A stretch of 32,000 bases of DNA from Demequinaceae bacterium (GCA_965250005.1 OZ252279.1:720001-752000); one strand, 5' to 3'. Counted from the first letter of the stretch, positions 14,940 through 24,717 are shown. The notes: generated by a model not told the origin, from the sequence alone. Made by a program: numbers and translations.

Positions 14940-15650
14940 ATGACCTCCGGTTCGCTTCCCGTTGTTAGTGCCAAGCAAATGCGGGAAGTGGACCGGATCA
15001 TGGTCGAAAATCTAGGCATCACGCTGCTCCAGATGATGGAGAACGCCGGACGCAACCTCGCAGACTTCGTCCAGCAGCGCCACCATCCAACCTCCGTGGT
15101 GGTGCTGGCTGGAGGCGGGGGCAACGGAGGCGGAGGCATGGTCGCCGCGCGACACCTGTCCAACCGAGGCGTCAACGTGACGGCGGTGTTGTCCAAGCCC
15201 GCCGACGCGCTAGTGGGCGCGGCCGCCACCCAACTCGGGATCCTGCAGGCCATGGAGGTCGCCGTCTCCACAGACTTCCCCGCGGACTATGCTCCCGCTG
15301 ACCACGTCGTCATCGACTCCCTCGTGGGCTACAGCCTGCGGGGTGCGCCTTCCGGCCGGACCGCCGAGCTCATCGCGTGGGCCAACGGCCAGAACTCCCC
15401 GGTCATCAGTCTCGACGTTCCCAGCGGCCTCGACTCCACGACGGGCGAGACGCCGGGCGCCGTCGTCACCGCGGAGGCGACCCTCACCATCGCCGCGCCC
15501 AAGACTGGGCTGCGCGACGCCTCGTCCGCGGGCGAAGTTTACCTGACGGACATCTCCGTTCCGACTGCTGTCTGGCGCCAACTCGGCTTCGACGTCGCCA
15601 CGCTATTCGTGGATGGCCCGCTGCGGAAGTGGGAGCTAGCCTCCAAGTGA
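14940..15650 (+). CDS. NAD(P)H-hydrate epimerase (YjeF N-terminal domain family)
   Basis: 236 aa. Motifs VVVLAGGGGNGGGGMVAARHL and DSLVGYSLRG are typical of YjeF_N. Confidence 0.75.
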   Translation: MTSGSLPVVSAKQMREVDRIMVENLGITLLQMMENAGRNLADFVQQRHHPTSVVVLAGGGGNGGGGMVAARHLSNRGVNVTAVLSKPADALVGAAATQLGILQAMEVAVSTDFPADYAPADHVVIDSLVGYSLRGAPSGRTAELIAWANGQNSPVISLDVPSGLDSTTGETPGAVVTAEATLTIAAPKTGLRDASSAGEVYLTDISVPTAVWRQLGFDVATLFVDGPLRKWELASK

Positions 15651-15681
15651 ACCGTCTACGGTTTCTTGAATCGCCCCGGGT

Positions 15682-16449
15682 TTAGTGGAGGGCGGGTTCT
15701 CCCAGGAGCGGTTGCTCGTGGGGTGTGTTCTCACGGTAGTACAGGTCTTCCTTCTCGATTGGTGTGAGGTATCCAATCGAGGAGTGGAGGCGGTTGTCGT
15801 TGAACCAGTGGACCCACGACAGCGTCGCGAGTTCGAGCTCGTCGCTGTGATGGATCACGCTATCGATGTTCTCGCCGGCGCGGGAGCGGACCCATAACGC
15901 CATCTCGAGGGCGTCGAGTGGCAGTTCGGTGGGCATTCGGTTCGTGGTGCGCCAGCCGACGATTCGCCGGGAGAACACGTCGGTCACGAACGCAGTGGAC
16001 GCCATCCCAGACCAGGTCGGCACGTAGGTGAAGTCCACGACCCACAGCTCATTGGGACATTCGGCACGGAAGTTGCGCTTCACGTGATCCGGTGCTCGGT
16101 TTGCTGCCGGATCGGGACGGGTCGTGACGAACTGTTTGCCGCGACGCACCCCGCGAAGCCCCTGAGCCCGCATGAGACGCTCCACCGTGCAGCGGGCGGT
16201 CACGACACCGTCACGCTTGAGTAGGCGCCACACCTTTCGCGCACCCGAGATCCCGCGACCCTTCGTGCGGTCCCAGAAGACCCGCTCAATGTGTTCGCGC
16301 AACTCTTGATCACGCACCGTCCGCTGCGAGATGGCACGCGTTTTGAACGCGTAGTAAGTAGACGGGGCGATCTTGACTCCGTGCTCGGTGAGCACCCGGC
16401 AGATCGGCTCGACCCCGAAACGAACACGATGCTCGTCGATGAAGTTCAC
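15682..16449 (-). CDS. IS3-family transposase OrfB, truncated catalytic core (in-frame internal deletion)
   Basis: 255 aa. It has the first D (WVVDFTYVPT) and second D (VIHHSD). HHSD then joins directly to ELELATLSWVHWFNDNRLHSSIGYLTP. The roughly 70-aa segment that normally carries the DDE glutamate (RGSQY...DN..ES) is missing. Confidence 0.85.
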   Translation of the reverse strand: MNFIDEHRVRFGVEPICRVLTEHGVKIAPSTYYAFKTRAISQRTVRDQELREHIERVFWDRTKGRGISGARKVWRLLKRDGVVTARCTVERLMRAQGLRGVRRGKQFVTTRPDPAANRAPDHVKRNFRAECPNELWVVDFTYVPTWSGMASTAFVTDVFSRRIVGWRTTNRMPTELPLDALEMALWVRSRAGENIDSVIHHSDELELATLSWVHWFNDNRLHSSIGYLTPIEKEDLYYRENTPHEQPLLGEPALH

Positions 16450-16784
16450 TAAAACGGAAGTCGCGGGTCGAGCTCCCGCGCGAAGAAACTTGACGCCGCC
16501 AACAAAATATCGTTGGCACGCTTCAACTCACGATTCTCACGCTCGAGATCTTTGATACGGGCCGCGCCGACCGTGGCGATGCCCCTGACCTCGCCGGCGT
16601 CAATGCGCGCCTGTTTCACCCACCCACGCAACCTGTCCGGAATCACCCCCGTGCGATGACCGATACGGATCACCGCCGCATTCAACGACAACGACACCTC
16701 CTGGCTCATCGCCTCACTTACGAACCGAATGGCCCGATCCCGCAACTCCTGCGGATACTTCCTCGGTGCTGGCATGACTCCCAT
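16449..16784 (-). CDS. IS3-family transposase OrfA (HTH)
   Basis: 111 aa. MGVMPAPRKYPQELRDRAIRFV..., with leucine-zipper-like IKDLERENRELKRANDILLAASSFFA before the frameshift region. Confidence 0.88.
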   Translation of the reverse strand: MGVMPAPRKYPQELRDRAIRFVSEAMSQEVSLSLNAAVIRIGHRTGVIPDRLRGWVKQARIDAGEVRGIATVGAARIKDLERENRELKRANDILLAASSFFARELDPRLPF

Positions 16785-16848
16785 CCTTTCGGGAAATCAG
16801 ACCCTCCACTAAACCCGAGGCGATTCAATGCGCTCCCCCAGGGTTGCG

Positions 16849-18030
16849 CTAGCCCCCGGAGACGCTGAGCTCGGCCTCAAGCAGCCGCTTCTGGATGTCT
16901 GGCGTGGTCTCCTGCGAATCGAGCCAGCCCTCGGGGACAGCGGGCCGCTTGGGACTGCCCTTCCGCCCGCGCTGACCCTCGGCGAGCTTTCCGGGGTACG
17001 GCGCGTCCATGTCCATGCCGTCCAGGATCTCTCGCAGTTCCGCCAGCGACGCGACCAGGCCAAGTCGCTTCCGCGTCTGACCACCCACCTCGTAGCCCTT
17101 GAAGTACCACGCCATGTGCTTGCGGATTTCCTGCATCGCCTTGAATTCGCGGTCGCCAAAGTGCGACGCTATCAACTCGCCGTGCCGGTAGACCACGTCT
17201 GCGACGGCGCGCAGGTTTGGGCGCACGCGCTCCGGACGGCCCTCAAACGCCGCCTGCAGGTCCGCGAACAGCCACGGTCGGCCCATGCATCCGCGGCCCA
17301 CCACCACTCCGTCGCAGCCGGTCTTCTCGATCATCGCGAGCGCGTCCTCAGCCACCCATATATCGCCGTTGCCCAGCACCGGGATGGTCTTGACGGCGTC
17401 CTTGAGCCGCGCGATCGCCTCCCAATCCGCCTTGCCCGAGTAGTACTGCGCCGCCGTGCGCGCGTGCAAAGCCACGGCCGCCACACCCTCGGACTCCGCC
17501 ATGGTCGCCGCGTCGATGTAGGTGAGGTGGTCGTCGTCGATGCCCTTGCGCATCTTCACAGTGACGGGGATGTCGAACTTGCTTGCCTCGCGCACAGCCG
17601 CCCTGACGATGTCGCGAAACAGGTCGCGCTTCCAGGGCAACACTGCTCCGCCGCCGCGTTTGGTGACCTTGGGGACGGGGCAGCCGAAGTTCATATCGAT
17701 GTGGTCGGCGCGGTCCTCCTCCACGAGGAGCTTGACCGCGGCGCCAATGGTGGCGGGGTCCACACCATAGACCTGGACCGAGCGCGGGGTCTCGTCCGGG
17801 TCGTGGTGGATGATCCGCATGGACTCGGGCGTGCGCTCCACGAGCGCGCGGGACGTCACCATCTCCGCCACGTAGAGCCCGCCGCCGTGCTCCCGGCACA
17901 AGCGCCGGAACGCCGCGTTAGTGATCCCCGCCATCGGCGCGAGGATCACCGGCGTCTCGACCACGATGGGGCCGATGTGCAAGGGCGGGAGCGCGGGAGC
18001 GCCCGCCGGGGTTGTGGGCATGGTGTCCAT
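16849..18030 (-). CDS. dus: tRNA-dihydrouridine synthase
   Basis: 393 aa. Motifs ILAPMAGITNAAFRRLC, DMNFGCPVPKVTKRGGGAVL, VTVKMRKG. Confidence 0.9.
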   Translation of the reverse strand: MDTMPTTPAGAPALPPLHIGPIVVETPVILAPMAGITNAAFRRLCREHGGGLYVAEMVTSRALVERTPESMRIIHHDPDETPRSVQVYGVDPATIGAAVKLLVEEDRADHIDMNFGCPVPKVTKRGGGAVLPWKRDLFRDIVRAAVREASKFDIPVTVKMRKGIDDDHLTYIDAATMAESEGVAAVALHARTAAQYYSGKADWEAIARLKDAVKTIPVLGNGDIWVAEDALAMIEKTGCDGVVVGRGCMGRPWLFADLQAAFEGRPERVRPNLRAVADVVYRHGELIASHFGDREFKAMQEIRKHMAWYFKGYEVGGQTRKRLGLVASLAELREILDGMDMDAPYPGKLAEGQRGRKGSPKRPAVPEGWLDSQETTPDIQKRLLEAELSVSGG

Positions 18031-18139
18031 TGTCGCCGATGCCGCGGCCAGCGAATGCGTTTCTCAGGACCCTCACAGCAATCTCTCAGGTTGGCGTGGT
18101 CGGATATCAGTGAGAGTTCACCAACCGAGAGGACCTTTC

Positions 18140-19474
18140 ATGTTCACGATCACCCGAACCCCCGTGGGGGTGTCGGCGTTGGCCGTGTCGTTCAGCTTCT
18201 TGGCAGCAGCGTGCTCACCCGTCGAGGCGGCATCCGAATCTCCGGACGCGCCCGCCCGCGCAACCCCGCAGTCTGACGCCCCTGTGGCAACTAGCGACCC
18301 GGTCGCCGCCGGCTCGTACGCGATCGTGGACACCGGCCAGGCGGCGACCTACGGAACAGTGACCGACGTCCTGGCTCCTGCCGCAGGCGAGCTGTACTTC
18401 GGTCAGGACGCGCAGCACGACGGCAACCAACCGTCCTACAACGACAACGGCGACGGCACCATCACCGACAACGTGACGGGCCTCACCTGGACTCAGACAC
18501 CCGACCTCAACAGCGACGGCACCATCGACGCGCGCGACAAGCTCACGTTTGCCGAGGCCATCGCATCAGCGGACGCCGTGAACGTCGGCGACTACGACGA
18601 CTGGCGGCTTCCGACGGTCAAGGAGCTGTACTCGCTCATCCTGTTCGCCGGGGAGGACGTCGGCAACGGAAGCGCGAACGCCAACGGCTACATTCCGTTC
18701 ATCGACGCAGACTACTTCGACTTTGGGTATGGCGACCTGAGTGCGGGAGACCGGATCATCGACGCGCAGGTGGCGAGCAGCACCACCTACGTTGACACGG
18801 CCGGCCCGCCGCTGATGTTTGGGCTTAACTACGCCGACGGCCGCATCAAGGGCTACCCAACGGAGGCGATGCCCCACGAAGCCGAGGCGAAGGGCTACTA
18901 CGTCTACTACGTGCGCGGCAACCCGGACTACGGAATGAACGCCTTCGCGGACAATGGCGACGGCACCGTGACGGACGCGGCCACTTCTCTCATGTGGGCG
19001 CAGAACGACAGTGGCTCCGGCATGAACTGGGAGGATGCGCTCGCTCACGCAGAAGAGGCCAACGCCACCGCGTACTTGGGCTTCACCGACTGGCGCGTCC
19101 CGAACGCCAAGGAGCTCCAGAGCATCGTCGATTACTCGCGTTCGCCCGGCACGTCGGGATCGGCCGCTATCGACCCAGTGTTCAATACCACCGCGATCAC
19201 GAGCGAGGCGGGCCAACAGGACTATGCGATGTACTGGACGTCCACCACGCTCCTCTCCCCATCGGGGCCGAGGCCAGCCGGTGCCGCGGTGTACATCGCG
19301 TTCGGTAGTGCGTTGGGGTACATGAACGGCCGGTGGGTGGACGTCCACGGCGCTGGCGCCCAGCGCAGCGACCCCAAGGTAGGCGACGCGGCGGACTACC
19401 CTGAGGGCCACGGCCCCCAGGGCGACGCGATCCGGATCGAGAACATGGTCCGGCTAGTTCGCGACGCCAGCTAG
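18140..19474 (+). CDS. Secreted lipoprotein with DUF1566-like repeats
   Basis: ATG18140 follows GAGAGG. Signal peptide plus lipobox FLAAAC. The motifs DWRLPTVKELYSL and DWRVPNAKELQSI are characteristic of DUF1566/Lcl-C. The upstream part of ORF 17921..19474 is antisense to dus and was discarded. Confidence 0.7.
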   Translation: MFTITRTPVGVSALAVSFSFLAAACSPVEAASESPDAPARATPQSDAPVATSDPVAAGSYAIVDTGQAATYGTVTDVLAPAAGELYFGQDAQHDGNQPSYNDNGDGTITDNVTGLTWTQTPDLNSDGTIDARDKLTFAEAIASADAVNVGDYDDWRLPTVKELYSLILFAGEDVGNGSANANGYIPFIDADYFDFGYGDLSAGDRIIDAQVASSTTYVDTAGPPLMFGLNYADGRIKGYPTEAMPHEAEAKGYYVYYVRGNPDYGMNAFADNGDGTVTDAATSLMWAQNDSGSGMNWEDALAHAEEANATAYLGFTDWRVPNAKELQSIVDYSRSPGTSGSAAIDPVFNTTAITSEAGQQDYAMYWTSTTLLSPSGPRPAGAAVYIAFGSALGYMNGRWVDVHGAGAQRSDPKVGDAADYPEGHGPQGDAIRIENMVRLVRDAS

Positions 19475-19493
19475 CCGTCAACGGGCCACTGTC

Positions 19494-20006
19494 TCACTCG
19501 CTCGGTTCGTCCATACGCCAGTGGTCCCGGTGATCGACGGGAACACTGGAGAAATTCCATGCGCGCGTGGCCCTGCCTTCACTTAGCGCTATCCACTTGT
19601 GAGGAAGCCCGTTGTCAAAGTACGGGCCCTCGTCGTAGAGCGGAGTCGCGGAAAGCAACACACCTCCCACCGACCCGAGGCGCAGCTTGCGCCGCCATGG
19701 GAATGCGGGAAGCCACGAGAACGTCTCCGCCCCCGACTCGTCCCGAGTGATCCGCGCGACTGGGATAGACCTGAACTGCTGTAGCGCCTGTGACGACACC
19801 CACGGCAGGAATGCCGCTACCGCAAGCGCGAAAACAATCGCCAAAGCGGAACCCGCGATCGAATCTTCCTCGCTGCGAGGCCACACGCCGACGGCAGCCA
19901 CTACCAGGGCCACGACCACAAACACAATTCCAAGCAGGTAACTGGCAATGGCCACTCGGGCCCACACGGACGGTTCTGAGTAGATCTCGCGGTTGTCGCT
20001 CGCCAC
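19494..20006 (-). CDS. Membrane protein, unknown function (170 aa)
   Basis: Two TM segments (VAIASYLLGIVFVVVALVVAAVGV, ALAIVFALAVAAFLPWV) followed by a soluble C-terminal part. Confidence 0.55.
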   Translation of the reverse strand: MASDNREIYSEPSVWARVAIASYLLGIVFVVVALVVAAVGVWPRSEEDSIAGSALAIVFALAVAAFLPWVSSQALQQFRSIPVARITRDESGAETFSWLPAFPWRRKLRLGSVGGVLLSATPLYDEGPYFDNGLPHKWIALSEGRATRAWNFSSVPVDHRDHWRMDEPSE

Positions 20007-20079
20007 TTGTGCTCCAATCTGGAATAGTCGCCCATACCAAACTGATCTTCATCGCAGCCGACTGAGCGACACTCTCCTC

Positions 20080-21465
20080 TTAAGCCCCGACGAGCCTCTC
20101 AGCCAGGTAGCCCTGCACCTTGTCCAGCGACACGCGGTCCTGCGCCATGGTGTCGCGGTCGCGGATGGTGACGGCCTGGTCGTCCTTGGTCTCAAAGTCG
20201 ACGGTGATGCAGTACGGCGTGCCGATCTCGTCTTGACGGCGGTAGCGCTTGCCGATCGCCTGCGTCTCGTCATAGTCGACGTTCCACGCGCCGCGCAGCT
20301 CGGCCGCAAGGGCGCGCGCCGTCGGCTGGAGTTCCTCGGACTTGGACAGCGGCAGCACAGCAGCCTTGATGGGCGAGAGGCGGTGGTCCAGGCGCAGCAC
20401 GGTGCGCTTGTCCACTCCGCCCTTGGTGTTGGGCGCCTCGTCCTCGGCATACGCCTCGACGAGGAACGCCATGAGCGAGCGCGTCAGGCCGGCGGCGGGC
20501 TCGATTACGTACGGGAAGTACTTCTCGTTGCTGATCGGGTCACGGTAACTGAGGTCCTTGCCCGAGTGCTCCGTGTGCGTCTTGAGGTCAAAGTCCGTGC
20601 GGTTGGCGATGCCCTCGAGTTCGCCAAATTCGCTGCCTTGGAAGCCGAACCGGTACTCGATGTCGACGGTGCGCTTGGAGTAGTGCGACAACTTGTCCTT
20701 GGGGTGCTCAAACAGGCGCAGGTTGTCTGGGCTTAGCCCCAGGTCCGTGTACCAGGCCATGCGCGCGTCGATCCAGGTCTGGTGCCATTCCTCGTCGGTC
20801 CCGGGGACCACGAAGAACTCCATTTCCATCTGCTCGAACTCGCGGGTGCGGAAGATGAAGTTTCCGGGCGTGATCTCGTTGCGGAAGCTCTTGCCGATCT
20901 GGGCGATGCCGAACGGCGGCTTCATGCGCGACGTGCCGACAATGTTCGCGAAGTTCACAAAGATGCCCTGCGCGGTCTCGGGGCGCAGGTAGTGCAGGCC
21001 CGTCTCGTCCTGTGTGACGCCCAGGTACGTGCTGAGCAGGCCGTTGAACATCTTGGGCTCGGTCCACTGGCCGCGCGTGCCGCACTCGACGCATGCGATC
21101 TCGTCTAGGCCACCTTTGGGCTCGCGGCCCTTTTTCTCCACGAACGCTTCAATGAGGTGATCCTCACGGAAGCGCTTGTGGCAGTTGAGGCACTCCACTA
21201 GCGGGTCCACGAAGGCCTTGAGGTGGCCAGATGCCTCCCACACGGGCGTGGGCAGAATCACGGAGGAGTCGATCCCCACGATGTCGTCGCGCGAGTTCAC
21301 CATGGAACGCCACCACTGACGCTTGATGTTCTCCTTGAGCTCCACGCCAAGCGGCCCGTAGTCCCACGCGCTGCGTGTTCCTCCGTAGATCTCCCCCGCG
21401 GGAAAGACGAACCCGCGACGCTTCGCGAGTGAGGTGACGTTGTCGAGACGGCTGGCTGCGGCCAC
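20080..21465 (-). CDS. glyQS: Glycine--tRNA ligase (dimeric class II type)
   Basis: Motifs [40 protein letters not shown] and [25 protein letters not shown]. The start was moved to GTG21465, which is preceded by AGGAG with an 8-nt spacer. ATG21516 of the ORF track would add 17 His/Lys-rich residues. Confidence 0.92.
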   Translation of the reverse strand: MAAASRLDNVTSLAKRRGFVFPAGEIYGGTRSAWDYGPLGVELKENIKRQWWRSMVNSRDDIVGIDSSVILPTPVWEASGHLKAFVDPLVECLNCHKRFREDHLIEAFVEKKGREPKGGLDEIACVECGTRGQWTEPKMFNGLLSTYLGVTQDETGLHYLRPETAQGIFVNFANIVGTSRMKPPFGIAQIGKSFRNEITPGNFIFRTREFEQMEMEFFVVPGTDEEWHQTWIDARMAWYTDLGLSPDNLRLFEHPKDKLSHYSKRTVDIEYRFGFQGSEFGELEGIANRTDFDLKTHTEHSGKDLSYRDPISNEKYFPYVIEPAAGLTRSLMAFLVEAYAEDEAPNTKGGVDKRTVLRLDHRLSPIKAAVLPLSKSEELQPTARALAAELRGAWNVDYDETQAIGKRYRRQDEIGTPYCITVDFETKDDQAVTIRDRDTMAQDRVSLDKVQGYLAERLVGA

Positions 21466-21572
21466 GGCGGGGACTCCTATTTTGTGAGTGTTGGGGTGGT
21501 GCTTGTGCTGACGCACAGTCTATCCGCGTAGCGACGACGCACCGTGCGGGGCCCGCGGCCGTCGGCCGCTTC

Positions 21573-21601
21573 TTGACAATGATTATCATTAGCGCGAGAA
21601 T
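21573..21601 (+). promoter_or_regulatory. Predicted znuA promoter with embedded Zur box
   Basis: TTGACA (21573-21578), 17-bp spacer, GAGAAT (21596-21601). The perfect palindrome AATGAT-T-ATCATT (21578-21590) sits in the spacer. The GTG start of znuA at 21608 lies 7 nt after the -10 element, which suggests a leaderless mRNA. Confidence 0.6.
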
Positions 21602-21607
21602 CGCCTG

Positions 21608-22519
21608 GTGACGACTTCCCGCGCCCTCCCCGCGGCCCTCGCTGTGGTGTCGGCCGTGGCACTCTGCGCCTGCACCGCCGAACCGAGCACCGGCAACACC
21701 GACCTCCGCGTGGCCGCCGCCGTTTACCCGCTCGCCTTCGCCGCCCAAGAGGTAGCGGGCGTGCACGGCGAGGTGCTCCTGCTCACGGCCCCAGGGGTCG
21801 AGCCGCACGACCTCGAGCTCTCCCCTGCCGTAGTCAAGCAACTACGTGACATGGACGTGGTGTTCTACCTCGAGCGATTCCAGCCCGCGATCGAGAAAGC
21901 CGTGGACTCCACGGGTGCCTGGGCCCTGGGCGTCGAACAGATGGTAGAGATTCACGACCACTCCGACGGCGATCACGACGGCCACCCTGACATAGCCGAA
22001 AACGAGCACGACTCCCACTTCTGGCTGAACCCACTGCTGCTCGCAGACTTCGGCTTCGCGATCGCGAACGAATTCGGGCGATTGGATCTGACCCACGCCG
22101 ACGGCTACCTGCGCCGCGCCCGCAGCCTCGAGTCCGACCTGCTTGCGCTCGACGCGGAATTTTCCGCGGGCCTGGCCGCGTGCGAGCGTGACACCATTTT
22201 GGTGAGCCACGAGGCATTCGGCTTCCTCGCCACGCGCTACGGCCTGACCCAGGTGGGATTGGCAGGACTCAGCCCCGACGCCGAGCCGTCCCCTGCTCGC
22301 GTCCGCAAAATACGTGCAATCGCCGCGCAAACCGGCGCCACCACCGTGTTCAGTGAAACTCTCGTGGATCCCTCGGTGGCCCAGGCGCTCGCCTCGGACG
22401 CAGGGCTCGAGGTCGCCGTGCTGGACCCAATCGAGGGGCTCTTCGATGATGACGACGACTACTTCACCGTCATGCGCCGCAATCTCGCCGCATTGGAGGA
22501 CGCCCTTGGCTGCCGCTAG
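21608..22519 (+). CDS. znuA: Zinc ABC transporter substrate-binding lipoprotein (ZnuA/TroA family)
   Basis: 303 aa. Lipobox ALCAC. His/Asp-rich loop HDHSDGDHDGHPDIAENEHDSHFWLNP, typical of ZnuA. Confidence 0.8.
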   Translation: MTTSRALPAALAVVSAVALCACTAEPSTGNTDLRVAAAVYPLAFAAQEVAGVHGEVLLLTAPGVEPHDLELSPAVVKQLRDMDVVFYLERFQPAIEKAVDSTGAWALGVEQMVEIHDHSDGDHDGHPDIAENEHDSHFWLNPLLLADFGFAIANEFGRLDLTHADGYLRRARSLESDLLALDAEFSAGLAACERDTILVSHEAFGFLATRYGLTQVGLAGLSPDAEPSPARVRKIRAIAAQTGATTVFSETLVDPSVAQALASDAGLEVAVLDPIEGLFDDDDDYFTVMRRNLAALEDALGCR

Positions 22520-22628
22520 TTCAAAGCGCAAGAGGCGCGGGACAGGCACGAGCGCGCGCGCGGTCACGTCAGTCGCGTCAGCATCCGATGGCACCGCGAC
22601 GCCGAGCCTCGCGAGCGCGCTCGGCCCG

Positions 22629-23411
22629 GTGATCCGTGCGCGCGGCGTCAACGTGTCGCTTGCAGGCTCGGAGATTCTCCACGGAGTTGACCTCGACGTC
22701 ACGGCCGGCGAGGCCGTCGCCATCATGGGCGGCAACGGATCGGGCAAGACCACCCTGGTCCGCGCGATCATCGGCGCCGTCCCGGTGGCGTCGGGCGAAA
22801 TCGAGGTGTTTGGCAGGCCCGTCAAGCGCTCGCCACGCCAACGCGTCGGGTACGTGCCGCAGAGAGCAACCGCGGCGTCCGGCGTGAGCGCGACCGCTCT
22901 CGAGGTGGTCAGCTCTGGTCTGCTCCACGCGCGCCGTCTGGTTCTCCCCCGCGACTCGCGCGAGCGCGCGCTCGCAGCCCTCGACGCCGTCGGCCTCGAC
23001 CAGATCGCTAGCCACGCCGTCGCGACGCTTTCGGGCGGCCAGCAGCAGCGCGTCCTTATCGCGCGCGCCATGGTTCGCCAGCCCGACCTCCTCCTGCTCG
23101 ACGAGCCCGCCGCCGGGGTGGACCTGCCCAGCCAGCAGGCCTTCGCGTCGGCACTGGGAACGCTCAAAGAGGCGGGCGCGACCATCGTGATCGTGCTCCA
23201 CGAGCTCGGCGTCGTGGGCCAACTCGTCGACCGCGCCATCGTGCTTGAGGCGGGCTGCGTCACTTTCACGGGCGAGCCTCCCGCGGCCCAGGGCGCCCAC
23301 GCCCTTCCCGGCCACGACCACATTCACCCGCACGGCGCGGACCCGCATGAACCAACGCTTCCGGGAACCGGCACAGCCAGCTTCGACTTCAGGAAGGCGG
23401 GCCGCAAATAA
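22629..23411 (+). CDS. znuC: Metal ABC transporter ATP-binding protein
   Basis: Walker A GGNGSGKTT, signature LSGGQQQRV, Walker B LLLLDEP. The start was set at GTG22629 and is uncertain. The upstream part of ORF 22314..23411 overlaps the znuA 3' end. Confidence 0.8.
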   Translation: MIRARGVNVSLAGSEILHGVDLDVTAGEAVAIMGGNGSGKTTLVRAIIGAVPVASGEIEVFGRPVKRSPRQRVGYVPQRATAASGVSATALEVVSSGLLHARRLVLPRDSRERALAALDAVGLDQIASHAVATLSGGQQQRVLIARAMVRQPDLLLLDEPAAGVDLPSQQAFASALGTLKEAGATIVIVLHELGVVGQLVDRAIVLEAGCVTFTGEPPAAQGAHALPGHDHIHPHGADPHEPTLPGTGTASFDFRKAGRK

Positions 23412-23416
23412 TCCAG

Positions 23417-24268
23417 ATGCTCAACGACCCGCTCATGCAGCGCGCGCTCCTCATCGCCCTGCTCGTAGGCCTGGCTGCGCCGGTGATCGGCACGTATCTG
23501 GTGCAGCGCCGCATGGCGCTGCTGGGCGACGGCATCGGCCATGTCGCGCTCGCCGGAGTCGCGGCCGGTTGGCTTGCCGGATCTGCCGCCGACCTCGCCC
23601 AGCGGGACGCCCTCGCCGTGCCCGGAGCTATCATCTTCGCGCTCTTCGCCGCCGTCACCATCGAGCAGATGCGCGCTCGCGAGACAGCTGCCGCAGACGT
23701 CGTGATGGCCATTCTCTTCTACGGCGGCATCGCCAGCGGCGTGCTGCTCATTGGCATCGCTGGCGGCTCGGGCGCCAACCTGCTGGGCTACCTGTTCGGA
23801 TCCATCTCCACGGTGACGTGGGGCGACGTGTGGGTGACGGCCGCGCTCGCGGGAGTCATCCTGCTGGTAGGCGTCGGCCTGCGCAACGCGCTGTTCGCCG
23901 TCACCCACGACCAAGACTTTGCCGTCGCCTCAGGGTTGCCAGTCCGCTGGCTCAACCTCACCGTCGCGGTTCTCGCCGCCGTCACCATCACGGTGTCCAT
24001 GCGTGTGGTGGGCGTTCTGCTGGTTTCGGGACTGATGATACTGCCCGTCGCTATCGCCCAACTGTTCTCTCAGTCGTTCTCGCGAACCATGTACACGGCG
24101 ATGGGCGTAGGCGCGGTGCTGTGCATCACCGGATTGTCGATCACCTACTTCCGGGACCTCCAGCCCGGCGCGCTCATCGTCGTCCTCGCCGTGGGTGTCT
24201 ACGCAATCACGGCCACCGTTCGCGGGATCTCCCGCAACGCGCGCCGCCGAAAGGCGGCGTCCGCGTGA
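23417..24268 (+). CDS. znuB: Metal ABC transporter permease
   Basis: 283 aa, polytopic. N-terminus MLNDPLMQRALLIALLVGLAAPVIGTYLVQRRMALLGDGIGH is typical of ZnuB/TroD. Confidence 0.85.
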   Translation: MLNDPLMQRALLIALLVGLAAPVIGTYLVQRRMALLGDGIGHVALAGVAAGWLAGSAADLAQRDALAVPGAIIFALFAAVTIEQMRARETAAADVVMAILFYGGIASGVLLIGIAGGSGANLLGYLFGSISTVTWGDVWVTAALAGVILLVGVGLRNALFAVTHDQDFAVASGLPVRWLNLTVAVLAAVTITVSMRVVGVLLVSGLMILPVAIAQLFSQSFSRTMYTAMGVGAVLCITGLSITYFRDLQPGALIVVLAVGVYAITATVRGISRNARRRKAASA

Positions 24269-24717
24269 CTACCGAGACGTCCACCACGAGCACCACCCCC
24301 ACCAAGGGCTCTGACCAGCCCCTTCCGCAACAGCGCAAAACCAAGCAGCGCACGGCCGTCTTGAGCGCCCTCGCGAGTGTGGACGACTTCCTTTCCGCAC
24401 AGGCGTGGCACGACCACCTGCGCCAAGACGGCTCGAGCATCGGCCTGGCGACCGTGTACCGGACGCTCCAGTCACTGGCCGATTCCGGCGACGTCGACAG
24501 CGTGCTCAACGACGCCGGGGAGTCCCTCTACCGCCGCTGCGGTGACAATGGCGGACACCACCACCACCTTCGTTGCCGCAACTGCGGCGCGGTCGTAGAG
24601 ATCGAAGGCCCGGGGGTCGAGGCGTGGGCGTCGGCCGTCGCCGCCGAGCACGGGTACGCTCGCATCGAGCACACCATCGAATTGACCGGCATCTGCGCGG
24701 ACTGCGCGCAGGCCTAG
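24265..24717 (+). CDS. zur: Zinc uptake regulator (Fur family)
   Basis: GTG24265 overlaps the znuB stop (GTGA). Motifs ATVYRTLQSLADSG and GHHHHLRCRNCGAVVEI...ELTGICADC (two CxxC pairs). Only the last 150 codons of ORF 23245..24717 are used. Confidence 0.85.
   Translation: MTTETSTTSTTPTKGSDQPLPQQRKTKQRTAVLSALASVDDFLSAQAWHDHLRQDGSSIGLATVYRTLQSLADSGDVDSVLNDAGESLYRRCGDNGGHHHHLRCRNCGAVVEIEGPGVEAWASAVAAEHGYARIEHTIELTGICADCAQA

Larger units (their letters stand above)
15667..16827 (-). mobile_element. IS3-family insertion sequence (1161 bp) with an internal deletion in orfB
   Basis: Terminal inverted repeats TGAATCGCCCCGGGTTTAGTGGAGGG (15667-15692) and rc of 16802-16827 TGAATCGCCTCGGGTTTAGTGGAGGG (25/26 identical). 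orfA and orfB are arranged in the -1 configuration. Confidence 0.9.

Noticed and set aside
16828-18276. 482-aa ORF on the plus strand.
   Set aside because: It is antisense to the dus gene and overlaps the start of the lipoprotein gene in another frame. It has low-complexity Arg/His/Val composition.
21842-23323. 493-aa ORF on the minus strand.
   Set aside because: It is antisense to znuA and znuC, which have clear motifs. It is Arg/Pro/Ala/Trp-rich with no motif, a typical shadow ORF of high-G+C DNA. The same applies to 22578..23348 and 23324..23914.
23245-24264. The N-terminal 340 codons of the 490-aa ORF 23245..24717.
   Set aside because: This part is an out-of-frame overlap with znuC and znuB and is Arg/Pro-rich. 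Only the last 150 codons, from GTG24265, form the Fur-family Zur protein.
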